From IMG/VR virus record IMGVR_UViG_3300048883_000431, positions 1 through 64,000 of that record: DNA of 64,000 nucleotides; one strand, written 5' to 3'. Of this stretch, positions 18,141 through 27,147 are shown one piece after another (the stretch's first letter is position 1; every line of letters starts with the position of its first letter). Position numbers and translations under genes: made by a program. The notes under the pieces were generated by a model, which saw only the letters and a list, made by a program, of their open reading frames with translations, was not told where the DNA came from and did no database searches. This DNA comes from a virus.

Positions 18141-18527
18141 ATGAGTGATTGGAGGAGGCATGGAAGCGTCCGCAGGCATGACCCGGACACGATGTTCGCG
18201 ACGGTTCGCCACGACGGCAAGCTGTACCTGAGCGCCACTGTCTACGAGAAACACCTACGCTATGAGACCCACGTGGTCTTGTTCTCCCTCCCGGATGGTG
18301 GGCGGCTCGGCGTCGCGCCGGTGCCGGACAACACCAACGACGCCTTACCGCTCCGTGGCAAGGAGCGCAACGGTGGCGCAGAGGTATCACGCGTTGGCGT
18401 GGTTCGGGAGGCCCTTACGAGTGCCGGGTATTCCCGCCCCTACGGTGGGCGACACCCGGTTGTGTGGGACGAAGACGAGAAGATGCTCGTGGTCGATTTA
18501 TCAAAGGAACTAGCACATGGCGCGTGA
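18141..18527 (+). CDS. Hypothetical protein
   Basis: 128-aa ORF with SD, coupled to next gene. Confidence 0.55.
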   Translation: MSDWRRHGSVRRHDPDTMFATVRHDGKLYLSATVYEKHLRYETHVVLFSLPDGGRLGVAPVPDNTNDALPLRGKERNGGAEVSRVGVVREALTSAGYSRPYGGRHPVVWDEDEKMLVVDLSKELAHGA

Positions 18528-19140
18528 CGCTGTTGCCTCACTGAAGCGAGTGATCCAGCCCCAAGTCAGAGAGTTCGAGTCACGATGCGCGGATGAAGGA
18601 CTCGACGTCCTGATCTACTGCGGACTTCGGTCCCCCGAGGAGCAGGCGCGGCTCTGGCGCGTCGGACGAAGCCGGGCTAAGATCGACGAAACCGTCCTTA
18701 GCCTCCGCGCGGAGGCGGCCGACCTCGTGTCCATTCCTCCGTTGGCCGCCCCGAGCTCCAAGATGCTGCAGTACGCCGCCCTCCAGTTCGCCGACAACCC
18801 GGCTTTCCACGCCTACCCCCGTCCCGACGACTGCATTCTGACCGCGCGGTTCTCGGTCTTCATGGCGTCCCACATCGACATGGCGGGGCCGCAACGGGGG
18901 ACGCGTAGGGTCACCAACGCGTGTCCGGGGCAGTCCGTCCACCAGTACGGTCTGGCCTTCGACGCTGTCCCCACACTCGGTGGGAAGCCTCTGTGGGACG
19001 ATGCCGACGCCTTGGATGACATGGGCGCGATTGGCGAGGAGTGCGGGTTTGAGTGGGCAGGACGATGGCGCACCTTCCAGGAGTTCGTCCACTTCCAAGC
19101 GGTTGGCTGGAAGGACACCGTTCGGGGGCAGGGCGTATGA
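18517..19140 (+). CDS. Peptidase M15 family (L-Ala-D-Glu peptidase-like) cell-wall hydrolase
   Basis: LRSPEEQ, VTNA.PGQSVHQYGLAFD, EWAGRW...EFVHFQ. Confidence 0.88.
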   Translation: MARDAVASLKRVIQPQVREFESRCADEGLDVLIYCGLRSPEEQARLWRVGRSRAKIDETVLSLRAEAADLVSIPPLAAPSSKMLQYAALQFADNPAFHAYPRPDDCILTARFSVFMASHIDMAGPQRGTRRVTNACPGQSVHQYGLAFDAVPTLGGKPLWDDADALDDMGAIGEECGFEWAGRWRTFQEFVHFQAVGWKDTVRGQGV

Positions 19141-19736
19141 CCCCCTTACCCGTGCGTAGGGACTTGACCAACGACATTCTCGCGCTGCACGACACCGTCA
19201 TGGGCATGGCGGTCAATCGTATGGGGATGGATTGCTACCACGCAGCCCAAGACGTGGCGCAGGACACCGTCTCCCGCGTTATCCTCAAGCAGGCGTTCAT
19301 CGACGTTCAGGACGCGGGGACGGTCAGGGCGTACACCCTTCGGGCTGCGGACAACGCCATTATCGACTACTACCGCGCCAACCATGGACCAAGCGGCAAC
19401 GGGCTCCGGGAGACCCCCACCGGGCTACGGGGGGAGTTCCTCAAGTCCCCCGGCGACGTTGAGGCAGGCGGTTACCTCTCGACCTCGTCTCTCCCCACGG
19501 CTCTGGGGGAACTCCAGCATGAGGAGAGGGCGGAGTGGGTACGGTCACGGGCTGCCCGTCTCCCGAAGGAGCAGCGGTTGGCTATTCTTGCCCTCCTGGA
19601 GGGGCATAGCATGGCCGACTACGGGAAGCGTACCGGACGAGGGGGCTCCACGACGCGCGTGCTAGTCAAGCGGGCGAAAGCCGGGCTTGCGGTGCTGCTC
19701 GACCGAGAAGGGGTTCGCGATGATCTTTGTGAATGA
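19137..19736 (+). CDS. ECF-like sigma-70 family factor
   Basis: AQDVAQD...RAADNAIIDYYR; LPKEQR...EGHS...TTRVLVKRAK. Confidence 0.8.
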   Translation: MTPLPVRRDLTNDILALHDTVMGMAVNRMGMDCYHAAQDVAQDTVSRVILKQAFIDVQDAGTVRAYTLRAADNAIIDYYRANHGPSGNGLRETPTGLRGEFLKSPGDVEAGGYLSTSSLPTALGELQHEERAEWVRSRAARLPKEQRLAILALLEGHSMADYGKRTGRGGSTTRVLVKRAKAGLAVLLDREGVRDDLCE

Positions 19737-21480
19737 GCAGTCGCAGATGGACGAGGTCGTTCGCGGCATCGCCGACATGAAGCTGCTCGGGCTGGACTGC
19801 GAGACGACGGGGCTTGACCCGCTTGTGGACGACCTTATGCTCATGCAGATCGGCAACGTCGACGAGCAGTACGTCATCGACGCGCGCCGCGTTGACCTGT
19901 CGCCGCTCATTCCCGCCCTCTGCACCAACAGGCAGCCGAAGGTGCTGCACAACGCCAAGTTCGACTACCAGTTCATCCTGACGAAGACGGGCATCCGCCT
20001 GGAGAACGTCATCGACACGATGCTGGTCGAGCAGGTGCTTCAGAACGGTCGGCTGCAGCGCGGGTTTGGACTCGCGGCGACCTACTTCCGGTACTTCGAG
20101 AAGACGGTGTCCAAGGAGGCGCAGATGTCGTTCGTCGGGCATTCCGGCGACTTCTCAGCGGCGCAACTCGAATACGCGGCGCAGGACGTCGCCTACCCCA
20201 TCGAGCTCATCCTCGCGCAGACACCGGAGCTCAAACGCTACGCGCTGGAGCACACCGCGAAGCTCGAATGCCTGGCGGTGCTCGCTATCGCGGACATGGA
20301 GCTCAACGGGATCGGCGTGGATACGGTGAAGTGGCTGGAGTTGGAGGGGCGCGCGGGCGAGCTTGTCCTTGAGGCGCGGGCGGAACTGGACGGGATGTTC
20401 TTGCCCTTCCGCGAGAAGGACATGGACGGTATGCTCCTCGCGATCCCCGACGCCCTGAACTACGACTCCGACCAGCAGATGCTGGAGGCGTTGCAGTGGA
20501 TGGACGTGCCCGTGACCGCGACGAACAAGGCGGTGATAGGGCATCTCGGGAAGGACTACCCGCTGGTTCAGAAGCTGCTCGACTACCGCGAGCACCGCAA
20601 GAACGTCACCACCTACGGGAAGGCGTTCCTGGAGCATGTCCACCCGGCCACCGGACGCATCCACTGTGACTTCAGACAGATTGGGGCGGAGAGCGGACGG
20701 CTGTCCTGCACCAAGCCAAACCTCCAGAACATCCCCTCGGGGTCCGCTTACCGCGAGTGCTTCGTCGCCGGGGAGGGCAACGTGCTCATCACCGCCGACT
20801 ACAGCGGGTGCGAGCTTCGCATTATCGCGGAGTTGAGCGGTGACCCAGGCTTCGTCGACGCGTTCAACAACGGCGTAGATCTTCACTCGAAGGTCGCGTC
20901 CGACATGTTCGGGAAGACGGTGAGCAAGACGGAGAACGAGGAGCTTCGGGATGTCGCCAAGGTCATCAACTTCGGGCTGGCCTACGGCATGTCCCATGTT
21001 AAATTGGCACACACCATGAAGGTCACCGAGGACGAAGCCAAGAAGCACCTAGAGACCTACATGGGGATGTTCCCCAAGGTCGCGTCCTGGCTGAACACTG
21101 CCGGGCGCACGGCCGCGTCGCGCGGGTTCGCCACGACCATCGGAGGACGACGACGGTGGTTCAACATCGACGGGATCAAGGACGACCGACGGCAGATGGG
21201 CGCGGTGGAGCGGAAGGGCAAGAACACGCCTATTCAGGGAACCAACGCGGATATGACGAAGCTGGCCCTCTACGGGCTGCGGCAGCAGCTCAACCGCAAG
21301 AAGGCGGATGCCCGCATCGTCAACACGGTTCACGACGAGATCGTGGTCGAGTGCGCAGCCGGGGAGGCGGCTGGCGTCCAGGCGCTCATGGAGAAGGTCA
21401 TGCGTAAGGCTGGCGAACACTACGTCAAATCCGTTCCGATGGAAGTCGAGTCGGCAGTGCGCGACTACTGGGGGCATTAA
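19720..21480 (+). CDS. polA: Family A DNA polymerase (3'-5' exonuclease plus polymerase, no 5'-3' exonuclease)
   Basis: LDCETTGL, HNAKFD, SGRLSCTKPNLQNIP, ADYSGCELR, KVINFGLAYG, VHDEIV. Confidence 0.96.
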   Translation: MIFVNEQSQMDEVVRGIADMKLLGLDCETTGLDPLVDDLMLMQIGNVDEQYVIDARRVDLSPLIPALCTNRQPKVLHNAKFDYQFILTKTGIRLENVIDTMLVEQVLQNGRLQRGFGLAATYFRYFEKTVSKEAQMSFVGHSGDFSAAQLEYAAQDVAYPIELILAQTPELKRYALEHTAKLECLAVLAIADMELNGIGVDTVKWLELEGRAGELVLEARAELDGMFLPFREKDMDGMLLAIPDALNYDSDQQMLEALQWMDVPVTATNKAVIGHLGKDYPLVQKLLDYREHRKNVTTYGKAFLEHVHPATGRIHCDFRQIGAESGRLSCTKPNLQNIPSGSAYRECFVAGEGNVLITADYSGCELRIIAELSGDPGFVDAFNNGVDLHSKVASDMFGKTVSKTENEELRDVAKVINFGLAYGMSHVKLAHTMKVTEDEAKKHLETYMGMFPKVASWLNTAGRTAASRGFATTIGGRRRWFNIDGIKDDRRQMGAVERKGKNTPIQGTNADMTKLALYGLRQQLNRKKADARIVNTVHDEIVVECAAGEAAGVQALMEKVMRKAGEHYVKSVPMEVESAVRDYWGH

Positions 21481-21481
21481 G

Positions 21482-21904
21482 ATGGGCGAGGCGTACGTCG
21501 TCTACACCGACGGGGCCTGCAAGGGGAACCCCGGACTGTCCGGGGGCGGGTATGCGATCTACGGGCCGGAAGGGATCGCGTGCTGGGGTTCCAAGGCGCT
21601 CGGGAAGATGACCAACAACCAGGCTGAGTACCTCGCGGTGACGCTCGCCTTGGAGCAGTGCCTGAAAATGGGACTCACGCGCGTGCTCGTGAAGTCGGAC
21701 AGCCTCCTGGTTGTGAACCAGATAAAGGGGTCCTACAAGGCGAATAACGGACCCCTGCGCCACCTGTGGGAGGATACCAAGAAGTGGTGTGCGCAGTTCC
21801 AGCACGTCGAGTTCGAGCACATCCCGAGGGAGGATAATGGCGTCGCCGACAAGCTCGCGTCGGACGCCTGCAAGGGCGGCGGGGTCGGCACCTGCTACCC
21901 GTGA
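21482..21904 (+). CDS. rnhA: Ribonuclease HI
   Basis: YTDGACKGNPG, TNNQAEY, SDS, HIPREDNGVADKLA. Confidence 0.93.
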   Translation: MGEAYVVYTDGACKGNPGLSGGGYAIYGPEGIACWGSKALGKMTNNQAEYLAVTLALEQCLKMGLTRVLVKSDSLLVVNQIKGSYKANNGPLRHLWEDTKKWCAQFQHVEFEHIPREDNGVADKLASDACKGGGVGTCYP

Positions 21905-21917
21905 CCGTACGCACGAA

Positions 21918-21940
21918 AGCCCCCGGACCATCCGGGGGCT
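21918..21940. terminator. Hairpin terminator between convergent genes
   Basis: AGCCCCCGGA-CCA-TCCGGGGGCT. Confidence 0.65.
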
Positions 21941-22010
21941 CTCAGTGCAGGAATCATCGCGTGAACCTGTGCGTTCGGCCCAATGAATGACGGCTATATG
22001 ATACCACCGA

Positions 22011-22500
22011 TTACTTGCCGTGGGAAAGGATAACCGTCACAAGTAACCCACCAATCATGAGAATCTGAGCTACAACGCCCAGCCAGAACATCCTCGCCGC
22101 TCGCCTACCCTGCGTGCGCTCCTCGCGAATCTCCGATATTTCCGCCTTCAAGAGCTCGACGTCCGTCACTAGGGCATGGCCCCCGTTCCCTGTAACTACA
22201 ACCCTGTAGACGACCCCCACACGATCTTTCAGTTCCCGGAGCTTTTCCGAGATAACGGCATCGGCGGACTTGGACTCCTCGATAGCCACTCGCACCTTCC
22301 CCAGCTCGGTCATAAGGTCCTTGATGATCAGCGCCAGCTTGGTCGAGCTGTCCGTGGATGGCTCCGAGTGTCTCACTGATTTCCTCGATTCGTTGGTGGT
22401 GGTTAGCCCTGGCCGCACCCCGCGCGGCAACCACTGTGGCCATAGATCGGATGTCCAGCCTCATCTGTGCCACACAGACGGCGACGCTGTCGGGTAGCAT
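22011..22500 (-). pseudogene. Coiled-coil protein with C-terminal TM helix, interrupted by a frameshift near 22340
   Basis: SD+ATG at 22500 gives MLPDSV...IHGQLD; the sensible continuation KLALIIKDL...FWLGVVAQILMIGGLLV is in another frame. Confidence 0.45.
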
Positions 22501-22586
22501 AGGGTCTCCTGTCACCGTGCGGGCCCTGTCGTCTATAATAAGCGTGTGGGCGTGAGTTCGTACTCTCAGTATAGGTTGTAGGGAAC

Positions 22587-22991
22587 ATGTACGAATTGAC
22601 CAAAGATGAGCGCGACCGGCGCGCGGCGCGTAAGCGTATCAAGCAGCGGCGACGGCACCACAGCCGACGTGGAACCGATATGTCGACTCCGCGCGGGGTG
22701 TCGCTGGGCAAGAAGATAGAAGCCCGTCGACAGCGGCGGGAGTGGCTCAACTATATCCCTGGACGTCCGGGGCAGCCAGACAGGGAGTTCGGGTCCAAGG
22801 GCCTGGGCGGAAAGCGGGAGCCATCGGAGTCCGACCTGGACATCGAGAGGAAGATGAAGCTCGCCGTGGAGTTGAAAAACGCGGAGATGGCTGGTAAAAT
22901 GCTAGGACGACGCCTGGTTCGGCAGGTGATGACGGGGGAGGGGACGCAGCATGGGCCAGAAGATGGCGACCGTGTCGATGGCACGGGCTGA
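22587..22991 (+). CDS. Basic hypothetical protein
   Basis: TATAAT at 22534-22539 upstream; first gene of the morphogenesis run. Confidence 0.6.
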   Translation: MYELTKDERDRRAARKRIKQRRRHHSRRGTDMSTPRGVSLGKKIEARRQRREWLNYIPGRPGQPDREFGSKGLGGKREPSESDLDIERKMKLAVELKNAEMAGKMLGRRLVRQVMTGEGTQHGPEDGDRVDGTG

Positions 22992-23538
22992 GGAAGCCTT
23001 CATCTACTGGATGGAGGTTCAGAATCTCTCGCAGGTGTCGCGGGACATGGACATCCCACAGCAGACGCTCAGTAAGTGGAAGAACGATCTCGATTGGGAA
23101 GAACGCTCGGCGAACATCCAGGGCACTGTGCGGAAGGCCGTGGACGGTCAGATCGCGAACCTCCACGAGCAGATGACCCACCAGGCGAAGCGGGCGTTGG
23201 ATGACGTGGCGGAGCGATTCGTCGAGGCCGAGGCGGGAACCGTCTACGACTGCGCACGCGCCTTCGACGTCCTGGCGAAGTCGATCCTCCTTCTCAACGG
23301 GGAACCGACGGCGGTCGAGGAGAAGCGGGAGGTGGGCGTCACCATTGACTTCTCAAAGCTCTACAACATGGCCTCAGAGAATCGAGTCGTTGACGTCACA
23401 CCTGGCGACGAGGAGGAGGACGTCGAAGACCCCTCCCTCGCGGCCGGACGCGTGAAGGTGCAGGAGGGACTCTTGAAGATGGGGGTCACCCTAAGCGCCG
23501 ACGGCCCGGACGCAGAGGCAGCGGCGGAGGAAGCATGA
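22951..23538 (+). CDS. Putative terminase small subunit
   Basis: N-terminal HTH (NLSQVSRDMDIPQQTLSKWK..DW); immediately upstream of TerL. Confidence 0.65.
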   Translation: MGQKMATVSMARAEEAFIYWMEVQNLSQVSRDMDIPQQTLSKWKNDLDWEERSANIQGTVRKAVDGQIANLHEQMTHQAKRALDDVAERFVEAEAGTVYDCARAFDVLAKSILLLNGEPTAVEEKREVGVTIDFSKLYNMASENRVVDVTPGDEEEDVEDPSLAAGRVKVQEGLLKMGVTLSADGPDAEAAAEEA

Positions 23539-25424
23539 GGATACCCGGAAGTCTGGTGGTCGACAACGACGCCGCCTCCCCCGAGCAGTTCGATGAGCTG
23601 CTCGGTGCGGTGGTGGCAGCACCCGATTCAAAGCGGATGCTGGACGCGGTTCGTCTTGAGTACCCCCAGCTTTACGGCGGGGTCTACGAGCGGATGCTCC
23701 GCGCGGGGGCGAAGACCGACTCGAACATGTTCCACGAGTATTGCTTCCGTAACACCGACGACACAATTCGCCTCCAGCCGCAGTTCCACCGCGAGTGGAA
23801 TCATATCTGGGACCTCCGCCCCGAGCGTCTGTTCGTTATGGCACCGCGCGACCACTCCAAGACCACGCAGACGATCCAGCGCACGTGCCGCGAACTCGGT
23901 GAGAACCCGAACCTCCGTATCAAGATCGTGAGTAACTCCGATGAGAAGGCGTCGGAGATTCTCGGCGCGGTGGGGGAGGTCATTACTGAGAACCCCTACT
24001 ACAAAGAGATCTACCCGCACATCCTGCCCGCCGGGGAATGGAAGAGCGGCAAGCTCCGCGTGCAGCGCTCGGCGACCGGGATGCGCGACTCGTCCGTGGA
24101 AGCCCTGGGCATCTTCTCGTCCGCCACAGGTGGTCGTGCTGACCTCCTGATCTTCGACGACATCGTGGATTATCGTAACGCCCGTCAGAATCCCGCCCTC
24201 CGGCGGCAGGTCAAGGACGTGTTCTACGAGGTATGGCTGAATCTTCTCGAACCGGACGGAGTCGCTTGGGTACTCGGCACCCCCTGGCATGAGGACGACT
24301 TGTACGGGGAACTGGTCGATAGATGCGAGCGCCAAGTGGGCGGCTGGATGATGTGGAGAAAGCCCTGCGTTGTCTACAGTGGGAAGGGCGAAGAACGTGT
24401 CAGGGAGCCGCTTTGGCCCGAGCGTTGGACCCTCACACACCTACGCGACCGCGAAGCCGAGATCAACGATCCTGCGGTGTTTTCTCGCCAGTGGCTGCTG
24501 AAAACGATTTCGTCAGAGGAGCAGGTTCTGTCGCCCCCCGTGTGGCGCGACGACATGGACCTGTCACAGATACCCCCCGACTGGCCCCGTTTCGTGGGCA
24601 TCGACTTGGCTTCCGCCATGAACCGTCGTGGTGCGTTCACCGTCTTCTTCATCGCTGCCCTGGGTCCGAACGGAAAACGCTACCCGCTGGAGATCATCCG
24701 CGCCAAGATGGACTTCGACACCATCGTGAAGACGCTCGTTAGCGTCTACGAGCGGCACAAGCCGTATCACATGAAGGTCGAGACCAACGCGTTCCAGGCT
24801 GCGGTCTACACACATATCGAGCGATCACACCCCGCAATCCCGTTGACGGCCATCGTAACCGGACGGCAGAAGGCGGATTACGGCATAGGCATCCCCTCGC
24901 TCGGTCTGGAATACGACCGGAAGCTGTGGGAAGTGTGGCGCGCGAAGCCGCTTGTGGGCGAGGATTCGGTGTGGGCTGCGTATCAGGACGAGCTTCTGTC
25001 TTACCCAGCGGGGCGAAACAGCGACATCGTCATGGCGAACTGGTTTACCCAGCGTGCCATTATGGAACTCGAAGGCGGGAACCGCCCACGTGTTCGTTTG
25101 CTCTCCGAGGACTATACTGACAGCGTAATGGATTTGGCTATCAAGCCGTTGCCGGTCGCGCAGCCCGACATGACCGACCCCAAGATCGTCGCGGCGGCCA
25201 GCGAGGCGCAGGCGGAGATCGAGGAAGCCGTCAAGGAGCGTGAAGCTGCGACCCTTGAATTCCGATCTGTGGAGCAGTTCGCGCGGTTGGTCGTCGAGCA
25301 GGGACGCAGGGTCGACATCAAGCTCGTGGTCGCGGTCACACAGGTTCCCGAAAAGAAGGCTGCGGAATACCTCCTACGCTTAGGGTATGCCGAGTCGGAG
25401 GTGGCAGGACAATATGCCAAGTAA
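23535..25424 (+). CDS. terL: Terminase large subunit
   Basis: APRDHSKT Walker A, LLIFDD Walker B, GTPWHEDDLY, GIDLA and SDIVMA nuclease motifs. Confidence 0.95.
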   Translation: MRIPGSLVVDNDAASPEQFDELLGAVVAAPDSKRMLDAVRLEYPQLYGGVYERMLRAGAKTDSNMFHEYCFRNTDDTIRLQPQFHREWNHIWDLRPERLFVMAPRDHSKTTQTIQRTCRELGENPNLRIKIVSNSDEKASEILGAVGEVITENPYYKEIYPHILPAGEWKSGKLRVQRSATGMRDSSVEALGIFSSATGGRADLLIFDDIVDYRNARQNPALRRQVKDVFYEVWLNLLEPDGVAWVLGTPWHEDDLYGELVDRCERQVGGWMMWRKPCVVYSGKGEERVREPLWPERWTLTHLRDREAEINDPAVFSRQWLLKTISSEEQVLSPPVWRDDMDLSQIPPDWPRFVGIDLASAMNRRGAFTVFFIAALGPNGKRYPLEIIRAKMDFDTIVKTLVSVYERHKPYHMKVETNAFQAAVYTHIERSHPAIPLTAIVTGRQKADYGIGIPSLGLEYDRKLWEVWRAKPLVGEDSVWAAYQDELLSYPAGRNSDIVMANWFTQRAIMELEGGNRPRVRLLSEDYTDSVMDLAIKPLPVAQPDMTDPKIVAAASEAQAEIEEAVKEREAATLEFRSVEQFARLVVEQGRRVDIKLVVAVTQVPEKKAAEYLLRLGYAESEVAGQYAK

Positions 25425-27147
25425 GAAGCTCAGTGTAGGAAAGCGGGTTGTCCATGCGGCTAAGTCTATTCTTGGTGTGGCTGTTACTGAGGGGATGCCT
25501 CGCGTCGTTCTGGACGAAATTGACCAGCAGGTAAGCCCCTTCGCCACCGCGTTCCGGTCCCACCGGCCGGATGAGTCCCTCGCGCCCGACGGTAGCGAGA
25601 TGCTTGACTTCCTGCTTTCTTACGCTAACGTCCCCCTGGTCTTCCGTGCCGTGGACCTCATCGCCAAGACGGCGGCCATGGTCCCCCTGGCGGTGTTCGA
25701 GTCCATCCCCGAGGCCGAGTTCGAGGAGGAGTTCGAGGAGGAGTTCCAGGTTGATCCACTCCAGGGCGTCCAGGCAATGCCCCGGCCGTCCGACTCCAAG
25801 AAGCGCGTCTATAAGCACAGCCTCTACAAGCTACTGAAGTCCGAGGTCGGGTCGGCGGACGAGACGACTACTGGTGCGCAGACGGATCTGGACAACGACA
25901 TGCGCGACGTGCAGGTAGCGGATCACCCGCTACTGCGTGTCATGCGCCGCCCGAACCGCGACCTTACGACCTTCAACCTCATGTATCGCACGTTCGCCTA
26001 CATGGAGCTCACGGGCAACTGCTACTGGATTCTTACGCGCGACGAGATCACGAAGGAGGTGAACGGCATCTTCGTGCCGAAGCCGCACCGCGTTGAGCCC
26101 ATCTCCAAGGACGGCAAGAAGGGCTTTAACCGCAAGCGCAGCGTGAGCGGCAAGCCTGACGAGAACAAGTTCTACGATTTCCAGGACGTCATCCACTTTC
26201 GCAACTTCTCCCCCGTTAGCGATCTGGTAGGCATGAGTCACCTTCGTCCTGTTATCGACACCGTGCTGACTGAGGTGTACGCAACGCGTTGGAACAAGGA
26301 CTTCTTCAAGAACAGCGCGCGCCCCGACTTCTGGCTCAAGTTCAACGACAGGCTCGACAAGGAGTCGTTCCAAAGGTTGATCCAGGAATACAATCTGATG
26401 CACCAGGGCTGGACGAAGTCCCACCGCCCTGGAATCCTCGAAGGCGGCGCGGAGGTTGTGGACTTCAGCACGAACCGCAAGGACATGGAGTTCGTCTCCC
26501 TGCGGAAGTTCGACCGTCAGGAGATTCTCATGGCCCTGGGCGTTCACCCAGCCCTTGTGGGCGTGAACGACGAGTCAGTGAACGCCGAGGAACTCCGCGA
26601 GATTCGCCGTATGTTCTGGGAAGACACCATGATTCCCAAGCTAACGATGATCGCCGAATACATCGAGCTGTACCTGTTTCCGCGTGTCCACCCGATCAGC
26701 TCCGAAGTCTTCGAGGCCGAGTTGAGGCAGGAGGCGGAGAGGTTGGGGATCGAGGACATCAAGAGCCCTGGGGAAAGGGTGGCGGCCGTGACGAGGCTGC
26801 GCGCCAACCTTACGCCACTAGAGGAAGAGCTTGACAGGTTTCACGTGCGCTATGACACGCGCAATGTCGCAGCTATGCGCGACCAGGCAATCGACGAGTC
26901 GCAGGTCGCGATGCGATACATTCAGACGGGCGTGCTGACGATTAACGAAGTGCGCCGAGACTTGAATCGTGGCCCGGTGCAATGGGGCAATAAGCCGCCG
27001 TTGAGCACCCCCGTGGGGTCGTCCATGTTGGGCGACGTGAACGAAGCGCGGACGCTGACGGCGGCGACCGGACAATCTGAGCAGCGCATGGCGACCAAGG
27101 CCGCGTTTGAGGCTGTTCGTAAGGCACGACGTAGGAGGGACGGCTAA
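25414..27147 (+). CDS. Portal protein (HK97 family)
   Basis: VFRAVDLIA, RRPN, LTGNCY, VIHFR, FFKNSARP, GVHP, LTINEVR. Confidence 0.95.
   Translation: MPSKKLSVGKRVVHAAKSILGVAVTEGMPRVVLDEIDQQVSPFATAFRSHRPDESLAPDGSEMLDFLLSYANVPLVFRAVDLIAKTAAMVPLAVFESIPEAEFEEEFEEEFQVDPLQGVQAMPRPSDSKKRVYKHSLYKLLKSEVGSADETTTGAQTDLDNDMRDVQVADHPLLRVMRRPNRDLTTFNLMYRTFAYMELTGNCYWILTRDEITKEVNGIFVPKPHRVEPISKDGKKGFNRKRSVSGKPDENKFYDFQDVIHFRNFSPVSDLVGMSHLRPVIDTVLTEVYATRWNKDFFKNSARPDFWLKFNDRLDKESFQRLIQEYNLMHQGWTKSHRPGILEGGAEVVDFSTNRKDMEFVSLRKFDRQEILMALGVHPALVGVNDESVNAEELREIRRMFWEDTMIPKLTMIAEYIELYLFPRVHPISSEVFEAELRQEAERLGIEDIKSPGERVAAVTRLRANLTPLEEELDRFHVRYDTRNVAAMRDQAIDESQVAMRYIQTGVLTINEVRRDLNRGPVQWGNKPPLSTPVGSSMLGDVNEARTLTAATGQSEQRMATKAAFEAVRKARRRRDG

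Noticed and set aside
6158-25424. Inteins in DnaB, PolA or TerL
   Set aside because: Motif spacing is normal and no splice-junction motifs were seen; the LAGLIDADG ORF is independent
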